Shown: positions 13,501-25,500 of the stretch, piece by piece
How positions within the stretch are numbered: the first letter of the stretch is position 1
Layout of the letters: each line of letters starts with the position of its first letter
DNA from: Acanthaster planci
Taxonomy: Eukaryota
Assembly (NCBI RefSeq): GCF_001949145.1
Contig: NW_019091356.1
Span: 2,736,932-2,800,931, forward strand
Direction of reading: 5' to 3'
Length of the DNA: 64,000 nucleotides
Position numbers and translations under genes: made by a program
Notes under the pieces: model-generated
Seen by the model: only the letters and a program-made list of their open reading frames with translations
Told to the model about the DNA's origin: nothing
Database searches by the model: none

Positions 13501-16500
13501 AGTTTATTGTTTTGAGCATAGCCCCACATCAGCCCCAACGGCATATTGTGGCAGAAAACGTTTTGAAAGGGTTACACTCCTGTCTTGCACATGCAAAGCT
13601 CTCTCCCAAAGTGGACATATTTTCCAGCTTGCTAGATAGATGGCCTATATTTTACATGACAAGGTAGCTTGGAGCTGTATGCGTCTGCAGCACAGTTAGC
13701 ATTTTATCATTCACTGATGGGTAAAATGAATTATTTTATTAATTAATTGATAGAAGTGCATGCTGTATCTATCATTCTGACAAACTTGTCTTTATCCCCA
13801 ATAGGTCAGCCTGTATCCCCTCTGAATCCCATCTCTGGTAAGTATAACAGTTCTTAATGGAATAATGTACCAGAGCAATCTTGACACCAGCTTGCATAGG
13901 CTAAACAGCTTTGAACAAGGAAAACTTCCCAGAATTGATAGTAAATAATGCTTGGTATAATTATTTTTCATAACATTCATGTGTTATAAAAACATCCAAG
14001 CAAATGCAAACTGTCTTTTGACAGGTAGGACAGTTTGCATTTTCTTGGATGTAATGTTTTGTAATAATACTGCCTTTGACAGGTAGTAAGCATACAGAAA
14101 TGCTGGTGGCCGTACATCCACACATAGTCTCTAATCATGAGGACCACGCATGTTTTACAGTGTCACTGTGAGGACCCTGAATGTTATTCCCACAACTCAG
14201 ATAAAATTCTCCCAACAAAAGGAGCCTTTCGCACAACGTGATGCCAAACACAGCACACTGGTTTGATGATTGTATACATTCTTTCCATTCCAATGACTCC
14301 TTCCAATGATTTTACTTCAATCTGTTAGCAACTGCCATTGTTTTATTTGAATGGAATCTCCAACTGAGAACAGTTCACCAACCAAGGACCCAATTGTCCC
14401 AATCATACTTTTTTGTGTGTCGTCAACATGCACACACACATTTTTTTTTTCCAAGAAATTAATGTCAGTTCATCCTTTATGTCTCATCTTCCCTTTTTCT
14501 TGCTTCCTACCAGGTGTTGGCAACTGCCCGACCGAATGGAACCTGTTTGGCGACTCCTGTTACTTTATCGACAGCAGCCCCACCCTCTTCCATGATGCCG
14601 AAAGCATCTGTGAGGCCCGAGGAGCCAAGCTGGCCAGCATCCACTCGGCTGAAGAACAGTCCTACCTCTCATGTAGGTCCAAGACTCAATAGACAAATCG
14701 GAGGAGACGCCATTCCTGGGGGCCATCGCACTAATGCACTAGTCTTAACTTGAGCGCTTGCACACACTTTGGCGAGTCACTAAACCCTATTGGTTGGAGA
14801 AGAAAGTAATGCTTGCATCACCTGCGTGCGAACAGGATGGCCCCGCAGTAATGGCTTCTTCGCTGACTTATACAGACCAAGTGAGATCAAAGACTGTTGG
14901 TTAACCAGTGATTGATTTATGAGTGTACATTGTGATTGTGTCTGTCCTATAAATAAATGTTAGAGAAACAAATGAAACCAATATGTGTCATGAGACACCA
15001 ATGCCACTTTTGAGCTCTAGGTCTTCAACAGAATCTTGCAAGTTGTACATTGATAGAAACCCTCAACACATTCAACCACATGAATATTCATTTTCAGCAG
15101 GATGCCAAATTAGGTGATATGTCGAAGCTAAGAGCTCAGTTTGCTCTGAGGAGAATTAAAGCAAAATTATTAAAAAAAAAACAGCTTAAGACTCATTTGT
15201 GGGATCCAGTCTCAAATGTACCTTCTGTTGGCAGGTAATCAGCTTTCGTAAATTTGCGGAGTCCATGTTTTCTGCTCTCTTGAATGTAAATTGTATTATG
15301 TGTCAGTTTTTGTTGTGAATTGTCAACAGTGAGAACGTCCATGATGAATACCAACTTGTGGATCGGGTTGCACGACCAAAGTAATGAAGGCAACTTTGAA
15401 TGGCTTGACAACACACCGGTGAGTAGCATCTATCATACAGTATGTAGGGTTTGTGCCGTAAAACTTGGGGCTGATAACCTTTTTTGACTTGGTGAATATT
15501 TTCTATGCTTGGTAAATTCTGTGTTTCACGTAGCACGTGAAATTCAGTTAATCACTTGAATTTGCTAAGCAGAAAGAAGTTGTTACCTGCAAGCAAAGCA
15601 GGTTACCATACAATTTATATTCCTTGTGAGTGAGTTACCAGTTATGCTGGGTTTAGTTCATGCTTGGTTTTTGTCTTCACACCAACATTTGTGTTCATAC
15701 TGTATTCCCTGTGTGGTTGGAGAGTTGAAATAAAATACAAGCTTGCCCAAGTGGGATTCAAACCCGTGACTTCCTGCCTACTAGTGCAGATGTCTTAACC
15801 ACTCAATCAACAAGGCTTTCTGGGATTAGATGGCTGGCTTGAATCCAGTGCAGCATCGGGTATCGTATTAATATTATTCAGCCACCGTGATGAGGAAAGT
15901 GATGTTCCATCTTGTCAAGCACTTCCTTTTTTTGCCTCCATTTTGCAGTTGGATTTCACAAATTGGAACACTGGTGAGCCCAACGATTATGGCAACGGGG
16001 AAGACTGTGTTCACCTCCGCACCGACGAATTACAGGCAGGAACATGGAACGACCAAGCCTGCGATGTCAGCTATGGATACATCTGTAAAAAGGACAAAGG
16101 TAAATGTTCAAGGGGTCGTAGCTACAAGGGCAGAGGTCACTGACAGAAATGAACTTAACAGAGACTGTAACATCAACTATAGTGTCTGTGCATAAGTGTA
16201 CATATATAAATTGTGTTGCAAGTTTGTGGTGATCTGGTGTAGTCATTGCCGTCATATTTCATGTACAGATGAAGTACTCTTGATTTCACCATAAATGTGC
16301 CCCATGGTATTGCTAAGTAAAACTTCAGATTGTGGCTAGGTATTAGTTAGCTTGAAAGGGTACTGTGAGTAAACTGTTGTAGTCTTGTACCCAACGTCTC
16401 TCACATTATGTCTTCCATCTTGAACTTGAAACCTGGCACTGATGAGTTGTGTCCAGCTGAGCCATCTAGCCCGAGTGCAAGCTCATGGGTTGAGTGCTGT

Positions 16501-19500
16501 GGCATCGGCTTAGTTAGCAGTAGGCCACAGGTTCGAGTCCCACTAAAGCTTGTGAACTTTTGAATTAGCTCCCTTACATCCCTTGGCACTGATGATCATA
16601 CGGTCTGACATCTTGTGTATTCAAAAAAATGAAAGTTTTACTATTTTTTATTTATAGTGGTTTATTTAAATCATGATTCGCAGCTGGTAAGCTGAATTGC
16701 ACATGATTTACAGTTTAAAAACAGTTTTACAGTTTAAATACAGGTTGAAAAATTTATCAGGATGGGACTACATTGCCCAGTGACCTCCAGGTCACCAGGA
16801 AAATGTCCTAACCAGACCAACAAGAAGCCCTCCAGGGAAATTACCTACCTGGGGCCTGTCGTTTTTTTTTTTTGGAGATCCGGATCGTGATCCTTAATTG
16901 AAAGTTTGGTTTACTAACACAAAATCCTGCCTAATGGATAAAAGCTAATTAGTCTTGGGATCAATGATTGAAAGTTGGATATAGAAACAAATATTGCCCT
17001 AAACATTACAGAAAGTGATAGCTGTTGAAAAGTGAAATTGCCTGTCGTTTCAGCGTGCGAAATTTTGGACACTACCTCCACGGACGACAACTACAGTTAC
17101 CGTTACCACCCGTCCCAGGCCAACGTGGAGAGGGTGGAATTCAAAGTGAAGGCCGGCAGTGACGTCCATATCGGCCTGAGTGCGACCAGCAGTAACCAGC
17201 CTGCCATGTACGAGATCGTCATCTGCGGTTGGGGCAACACCCATTCGGCCATTCGGCGCTGCTCGCAGTGCCAAAATCTGGTATACGTCAGCACGCCCAA
17301 TTTTCTGAGCGCCAACGAGTTCCGGGGGTTCTGGGTCAACTACGACATGAGCACAGGGCAGCTGGATGTTGGAAAGGAGGGCCAAGCGGACGCTTTTATG
17401 TCCTGGACCGACCCCTCACCTCTGGACGTCAAGTATGTGGGCTACTCCACTGGCTTCGGGCACGCGGGGGAGTTCCAGTTCTGCAACCTTTGTGAGTGAA
17501 AATCTACTTAAAACCAATTTTTAGACTGACATGACTATGACTTGCAAGATTTTTACAGAAATCAAAATGTGATAATACCATGTGATACCAACTCACAAAT
17601 AAATTTATTCTGAGAGAAATCCAGATTTCAAGATTCACAGATTCAAGCGTCTGTGTTGGAATGATCTTCTCTCTATGGTTTGCTTTTTCTCCCACAGATG
17701 CGGGCGTTGCATCCACCCCTGTGCCAAATCCAACACGTAAGTAGTAGAAAAAAAGAAGGAAAAAGTTTCATTGTCTTGTAGATCACTAACTCGCTTGTTC
17801 AACCATTCTGGGGAGAGCTTGGGACAGGTTAATTGCTTGTATGTTGTCAGAAAAGAAGAAATCTTTGGCTCCTGCTGTGATAGTTTGCTTTTTAATGCCC
17901 CCAAGAGAGAAAAAGGAGGTTTAAAGTTAGGAGTTGAATAACAATATTTACAGAACATTTTTTGTCATATTTTTTAGGATCTCATGTCTCCTATTTCTGA
18001 AACCAAACAGTTATTGAATTGTTCGTACTCCCCAACTTATAAACTAGTTTACTTAAGGTATTGTCTTGTTGATACATACCTCAAGTGAGTGCCATTGGAG
18101 AGTTTGTAATACCAACCTTTCATGTTCATTTTTGAAGTGAATTTTCGACATCAAAAGTGCCTCTTACAGGACTAACTTTGTCTCTTTTATACCAAAATTA
18201 TGAAGGAGAGTGTAAGATATGTTACCTTGTCTTCACATAGCAACTTTTGATGCACGGTGCGGGCTAGGTTGGGAATTTGATGCAACCACAGAGCAGTGCT
18301 ACTGGTTTGCCCCCTCGGACTACAGAACATGGGCTGATGCCAGAGAGCAGTGCATGCTGGGAGGTGGTGATCTCATCAGTATTGTCAGTGCTGCGGAACA
18401 GACTTACCTCAATGGTACCATAAAGTCCTTGATATACAATTTTGCAACAGGAATAGTCGTTGGTAGTAGCATCTGCATCTTTTATTCATAGAACTACATT
18501 GAAGCAGTGTCATATTGGTTTAATTTCTGACATGTTAGCCTAATTGAGTTTCTAATTATGCCACATGTAAAATTTCTTGTCCCTTTAAAGAAACTTTGAA
18601 AACCTCTTCTACTAGGAAGTTTTTCAATGCTGGAAGGGGCTTTGTAATGTGCAGTTTTAGCCCGGTACATCTCTGTTTTATTTTGGTGTACACAATTTCC
18701 CCGTAAGTTTCTTTGACTTCTAAGAGCAAGATCTCCCATTCCTCAAATGATTTGCAAAATATGCAGCCAATTTCTGAAAACAGGGCTCTAGAAATTAGAC
18801 CCACCCTCTACAAGTTTTTCAAGCACCCTTTCTAATAGAAATTGGGTCCGTAAACCATTTCTAAAATTGAACTACATCCTGGATCCAGCAACAATTGTCA
18901 CCTCGAGCTATGTCTTGTTTTTGTTAATCCAGGCCGCATGGCAACTGAGAGAGAACCGCACGTGTGGATTGGAGCCAATGACATCTCTACAAATGGCGGA
19001 TGGGTTTGGAGTGACGGGTCACCATTTAAATTCCTGAATTGGAATGCGGGTAAAGCCACTACCTTCATTTTAAACTGTGGGTGAATTCCTAATATGCATG
19101 AGTATAGAGGGTTTTCATGGCTGCCATCTTGCAGGCCAGTGCTTTTGTTCCACAGGGTATGCAAGAATGAGGTTTCCCTGTGGAACAAAAGAAGTGCCCT
19201 GCAAGATGGCTACCATTCAAAGCCTCTGTTAATCTTCATGATTCCAGTTGATTACCAAAAATGTACATTTTTTTTCGAATTGATAGGAGAACCCAATGAT
19301 CAAGGTAATGGTGAGAACTGTGGTGAACTGTATACCAACAATGGTCGATGGAACGACATTGAATGTGCTCAAACGCAAGGCTATGTGTGCAAGAAAAACG
19401 GTAAGAAATGGTGCTCATATTCCTCTCTTGTAGTATTCGAAGAATTGCTTGAGCCGCTCTCCTTTACTGAAACTATTATCGAGAAAATTGTACATTGTAC

Positions 19501-22500
19501 AGGGAGTCATACCAAACCGAACCTGTTGCCAAATATGTTTTTTGTTTTTTCCTCTTGTGTTCAGGCTACTTAGTCTCCCACTTCACCGTCTACCCTAACG
19601 CGTACCTGGCCAACTCAGACATCTTGGTGCTGAGAAATGTCTACCCGGAGCAGTGCGCCCACCGCTGCGTCATGGAGACGTCCTTCGACTGCCGCTCCTT
19701 CAACTACGACAGGACTAGCCGGGACTGCATGCTGAGTGACACGGACAGGGACAATGTCGGCCAGCTGGAGACAGCCATTGGGATAGACTACTACCAGATC
19801 GGTCAGTTGGCCCCTTTTCCACTGGTGTCACAGGGATGGGGAAGAACTTGCCTCCCCCCCCCAAAAAAAATGGACAAAAAAGAGAGGAAAGAAAAGAACA
19901 AAAGAAATGAGAAAAAAGGAATAAAAAGGAATGATAATCACCAGTTTGCTTGATAGTACTTCGAAATTTCCCCTGACCATCTTTCATGGTTAATAACTTG
20001 GCAGATTGCTGAATTGCTGAATGATTGCTTGGCACCCTTCTGGAAAAAATCTTGGCAACACCCATGGCCCTTGCTGAGCCTCGGTATCTCCCTTGGGGTC
20101 GTGATTGATCCACAGATTTCAGAATTGCTCAGAATCCCCCAAATTGTAGAGGTTTAATCATTCAAGTTTCATTAATGTTTTTGCTTTTCTGTAACAATTC
20201 AAGTGTAAGATTCACATATTGATCAATTTCATTCTGCGGTGACTGGCTTTTGATGGGACAAGATCACACTCTCATGGTTTAAATGTCATAAGCACAAAAA
20301 CCATAGTAAAACACCCAGCATATTTTACTTTAACATTGCCTTTACTCAACATTGCCTTCAGATATTTTGTCTGACCATTTGTGCTTTTGGTTGGACATGT
20401 ACCAAAAGCGATGGGAAAACCAAAAGTGGTCAGAAAATGGCAGATGTCTGACTGTAAGAATTTCACGCTCTGAAATAAACACATCTAGCCGACTTTAGCA
20501 AAGCTGTGGAAAGTTTTAACTTCTTTCTCCAAAATTTCACTGCAGAAACCTTTGTAGCGGCCACTTCATGGCTTGGCTTTGTGTAAACATGAAATGCAAG
20601 GCAGCATTGCTTACCGTTGCTAGGAGATTAGTGATGATATGGAGCAGGGTAGGCCTATTGAACACTTGTGTCCTAGCGCCTACGAAATGCTCAATCTGCC
20701 CCTTGATCAACACTGTCTAATTCGCTTTTTTGGCGGGGGATCCACAGTTCAAGGAGTTGCCCCGCCCACCCCGGCTGCGACCCTCCCACCCGGTTATCGT
20801 TGTCCAGAGGGCTGGTCAGGCTACGGCGACTACTGTTACCAGGCCCAGCCTGGGGATGGAACTTGGCAGGAGGCACTGCAAGACTGCAGGACCAAGGGAG
20901 CTGATCTGATCTCCATCCATGATATGAACGAGAATGACTTCATCGTGTCCGTCATGCAGCAAAGTACAGCTTCATTTGTACAAACTTAACAATTTAGATT
21001 TAGACTAGACTAGACTTAGACTTTTTGGGAGTTCTGTTACAATTTCTGTGAGGAAACCATGTTTGTTTAGGACATAGGTTTTCTTTTTCAAAGTTTGATG
21101 GAGATAAAAAAAAGAGTTGTGGAGATTACTCACAAAATTGCTTCCTTTCAAAATTTCAATTTTCTTGGCTACATGGAGTAAGCTAACAAGCAGTGTTGTA
21201 ATCACAAGACCAGCAGCACCAGTCACAAGTAATAGGGTGAACAGTGACAAAGAAATGCTTTTGTTGCAGTTCATCTGAAAAGTTGGTAACTTGCAGGACT
21301 TCAGGTCTGGAGTTGGTCTTGTGATGGTCTGAAGAGGTCTCCACTACAACGTAGCTAAACAGTTCTATTTAGTTTCTTCATAGGGATCATAGCTTCTGAA
21401 GAACCTTAGCTTTCACAGAAATATTGCAGACAAAAGGCTTGTTGGTGTGTTTCAAATTTCTGTTTCGGATATTATTCAGCTTTCTCTTTCAAAGTCAGCT
21501 TACATTGTCTGTGGTGAACTTTTACAGCTCAGAATTACTGGAGCATAGACAATTCTTTCACAGAAGCTCAGCACTGTGGCCATTCAGTATCCTATTCAGG
21601 TATTAACGGTTTACACATCTCCAAGTAGAATTTTTTGAGCGAGGTTCATTTCTTTCTCTCTCCACGCCAGATGGACTGACCGGGCAAGTGTGGAGCGGCA
21701 TGAGCGACACGGCCACATTCCTGACCTACGAATGGAGTGACCGCTCCCCTGTGACCTTTACCAACTGGGAAGTCAACGAACCCAACAATCACGAAGGCAA
21801 GAACGAAGACTGCGTGGAGGTCTACACTTCGGTATGTTACACGAAGGCAAACTGCCACCAGCATAAGAGCTGAATCTTGTAGCTTACATCTTGGCCTATG
21901 TGTAGTCTTTCCAAGGTGTTTCGTATTTTCTGTTGGACGGCTGCTTGTGCTTGTGTCCACCTGCTTTTCTCTTGTTTTGCAGGAATTCCTTTTTTTTTTA
22001 ATTTGAAGTTTTCAACATTTTTGGTCTCTACTTCGTGCCATAAAATTCTGGCCAAATAAAACATTTAGTAAGTATGGCAACAAGGGTCACTGGAGAACAT
22101 GGCGTCGTCTGAATTGAACTTTAGCCAGTAAAAATCTCATGTGCTCACAAGCTGCAGCTGAAGCCATAAGCCAGTTGCTTCCGTATTCCGCAACCACAAC
22201 TTTTTGGACGGAGCTTGTCACTCGTGCACTCCAACACTGCCGGAGACATGCCACGTTCCATATTTTGTCCCACAATCTGTAAAATTGTGCTGCTTGCTAA
22301 CCACTCGTCTGTGTGAACAACTCTCTCTTGATTCAGGGCCGATGGAACGACCAGGATTGCGAGGATCGCAACCATTACATCTGCAAGCAGATGAAGCAGA
22401 ACCTGGGACCCACCCAATTCCCCCTCACCCCAAGCGGCTGCGACATGGTACGTTCATCAGTTTTGCCCATGCATTGCAAGGCAATTCACCCTTACTGGAA

Positions 22501-25500
22501 TGTTTTCCTTGGAGTGGAGTGCACCCCTATCCCCCTGTTTAAGGCGCGCACTCATGAAGTTGGAGAGCATTTGATCGTCTGAATCTATGACCAAACCCAC
22601 CGAGGGTTCCCTGTCGCAAATTAAACCTTCAACTGCTCTCCCTTGAAAGCTGACTCCAGCTACACTACTTTTTAACCGCTTATATGAGGCGCCATCTGTG
22701 TTTCTTCGTGACTTAAGACACTGATTGCGGTGGCACTCGTAAGATTTAAATTGTGTGGTGAAAGGTACCATGTTATAATGCTGTTTGATGTGTCAAAGCT
22801 CATCGCGATAGATTGAATGCGAGAAAGTACATCAATTTCGTGATAGTTCATTTATTAGCGGGCTCTTGTGACATCCCCCTTTTCACAGCATTTACTCAGT
22901 ATTAGCACCCCCTATCCTTCCTTGCATATGTACTTTATGGAGATCCCCGGAGGAGATAGAGAAGTACTTAATGTGTTGAGATTAACTGGAACAGGAATTG
23001 AACCCTGAACCCCCCCCCTCACTCAGCATTGCAGGAACCTCACATTTGTGAGTATTCCGTTGGTTTCTACACTACAGGGTTGGGTCGCCTTTGAGTCGTC
23101 CTGTTACAAGATCGAAGGTACCCCAGAGATGTCCTGGGACCAGGCCAAGTCTGACTGTGAGTCCCTGGGCGGCCATCTGATCGTTGTCAATGACAGGTAT
23201 GTGGTCAACCCAAAGAGCATTCTTTCAATGGAAAACCAGGACCCAAAGCACTCTTTTCTAATGAAAACAGTACTTTTGGATATTATAAGTAACTAAGAAA
23301 ACTTGTCAAATTATGATATACAGCTAATATACCAGTCATAGATATGTGGAATGTCTCTCTAGAGGTATTGATTGATGTCTAAACCGATCTTTGCTTAGCG
23401 CAAAAATTTGGTTAGCGATAATTTCTACTGAGGAACTCCTGTAGTTTGCAAATTGTTCCTAGTCACCTGAGCTGTTTTCTTTCAACCCCTCCCCCCAACA
23501 GAATTGAGCAGTCCTTCATGTCCAGCCAACTGGGCCTTCAAAACGGCCAGATGTTCTGGATAGGCATGAATGAGGGGACCACCAAGGGCGTGTACCAGTG
23601 GGCCAACGGAGCACCAATCACCTACACCCACTGGGACAGGGGACAGCCGGGTAAGAGATACGTCTGCTGTTTTGAACACTGAGTGAAATGTGACAATCAT
23701 TGAACATCCCAAAAGGTTCATTCGAAAATCTTGAGAGCTTGAAATCTTGCTTCTTGCTGGATCTTCCTCAAATGCAATTTTACTTTTTGAGAAAGATTCA
23801 GCCAGGATCAAAATGTCAAGTCCATATATTGTGAGTTCGTCAGATTACTCCAGTCGGTAAGCTATTTGAAGGAGTCGTCATTCCCTGCTTGTTTAAAAAT
23901 GAAGCTTTTTGACCTTTTTAGAGCCCTGAAGAAAAGGATATAATCTGAATTGTAATGTCATGAAAAAGTAAGATTTAAGTTATTACTCTGTGGATGCTCT
24001 TTCCACTTGAAAGTAACTTTCAAAACTAGGCGGTTATGTACAAACGAAAAGCGTGCTAGATACTAAGGATGATACAGAGAGAGCAGATGTTTGTTTCAGC
24101 TCAGTATTCATTGTAAGCAAAGTTCTGTTTTTCTCACGTCGGCCAACTTTTTTAGATGACTCAAGGGGAAGCTGTGTGGCAGTCACATCCGGCAGTGCTG
24201 CCGGTCTCTGGAATGTCATCCCCTGCGACTCCGGCCACAACTACATCTGCGAGGTCTTGCGCGCGGGATACACCCCTGCCCCCGTGTTAACAGACCCACC
24301 TGTGCCGACCTCACCTACCAACGAAGGCTGTCCTGTGAACTGGATTGGCTGGGGGTCCAACTGTTTCAAGGTGATCACTTTAAATTGTTTTCTCCCTGTG
24401 TGGTTGTTGTGAAGTTTGTTTATTCACTTGTTTGCTAACTGGCTGAGTTGTTTTGTCTCTGATTTTGTTGTTTTTATTTTGTGGTTTTATCTGTAGTATT
24501 TGACTGCTTTGTATGGTGTAAATGGCATTCGTCACAATAATGGATGTGTATCTGAGATTTTCTTATAGTGAAACAACTTAGAATAGTTCTGTTCTCTGTG
24601 GATAGGAAGCCAGTCAGTTGCAGGCTTCTCCCAAGCTAATGTCGGTACCCATTAACATTCCTGGTTGGAGGGAAACAAGTTATGATAAAGTGGCTTTCCC
24701 GAGGATGTGACATGTAGCTAGCAGCGGGATTCGAACCCTCACCCTTTGATTGTGAATCTCAAGCCCTTACCATCGGGCCACATTCTCCTCACATCCCCCC
24801 CAAGAGTAAGAAATCTTGTATGGCCATGGGGGGTGAGATAAATCTGCATTTACCCTTCAGATCATGTTGTCGTTTTCATCATAGGCGTACGATCCAGTGG
24901 ACAAGAAATCTTTCTGGGATGCCGAGGCCTACTGCAATAGCGTGGGAGCTCACCTGGCCAGCTTCCACCGCACAGAAGAAGAAGTGCACTTTGTCAAGAA
25001 TGCAGGAATCTAGTGAGTTTACCATCTCATTGGGACTCAATGTACCCTCCAAGTCTTAAAGACCTGGGGGAGGGCAGAATTTTCCCCTTCCTGACAAATT
25101 TTTCCAAAATACCTCAATTGAATTTTTTTTCATATAATGAGCAGTAATTTTGAACCGATGTCATTCTCATACAATGCCCATTTTTCTGATACAAGTCCAT
25201 CAAAAAAACGTGTAGGCCCCTCTCATTTTGCCTACAAGTTGTATGGGCAGCCAAAGTTTGCAGAATATCACCTGTTGGTTGGTTTTCGATTTCACCTCCA
25301 ATTCCTCCATAATGGACATTCGTCTCATGGCTTTTAAATAGGGTTGTATTTTTATTTAGTATTGAGTAGCGTGTATTATTATTGGGTGTTCTAGTAGCTA
25401 CGTGGTATTTTTAACAAATTGTTAATTATGTTACTATTGTACCGACGGTCAAGGAAAAACAAAACCGTGACGTCACTCCATTGACGTTTTCAGTGCATGT

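Noticed and set aside
17032..17499. Stand-alone methyltransferase gene suggested by the ORF track
   Set aside because: No true ATG start; flanked by phase-compatible splice sites, so it is an internal exon of gene A.
24720..24782. tRNA-like A/B boxes (also near 15750, 16520, 46090, 63390)
   Set aside because: No complete cloverleaf, and they are attached to repeat bodies; treated as SINE heads, not tRNA genes.
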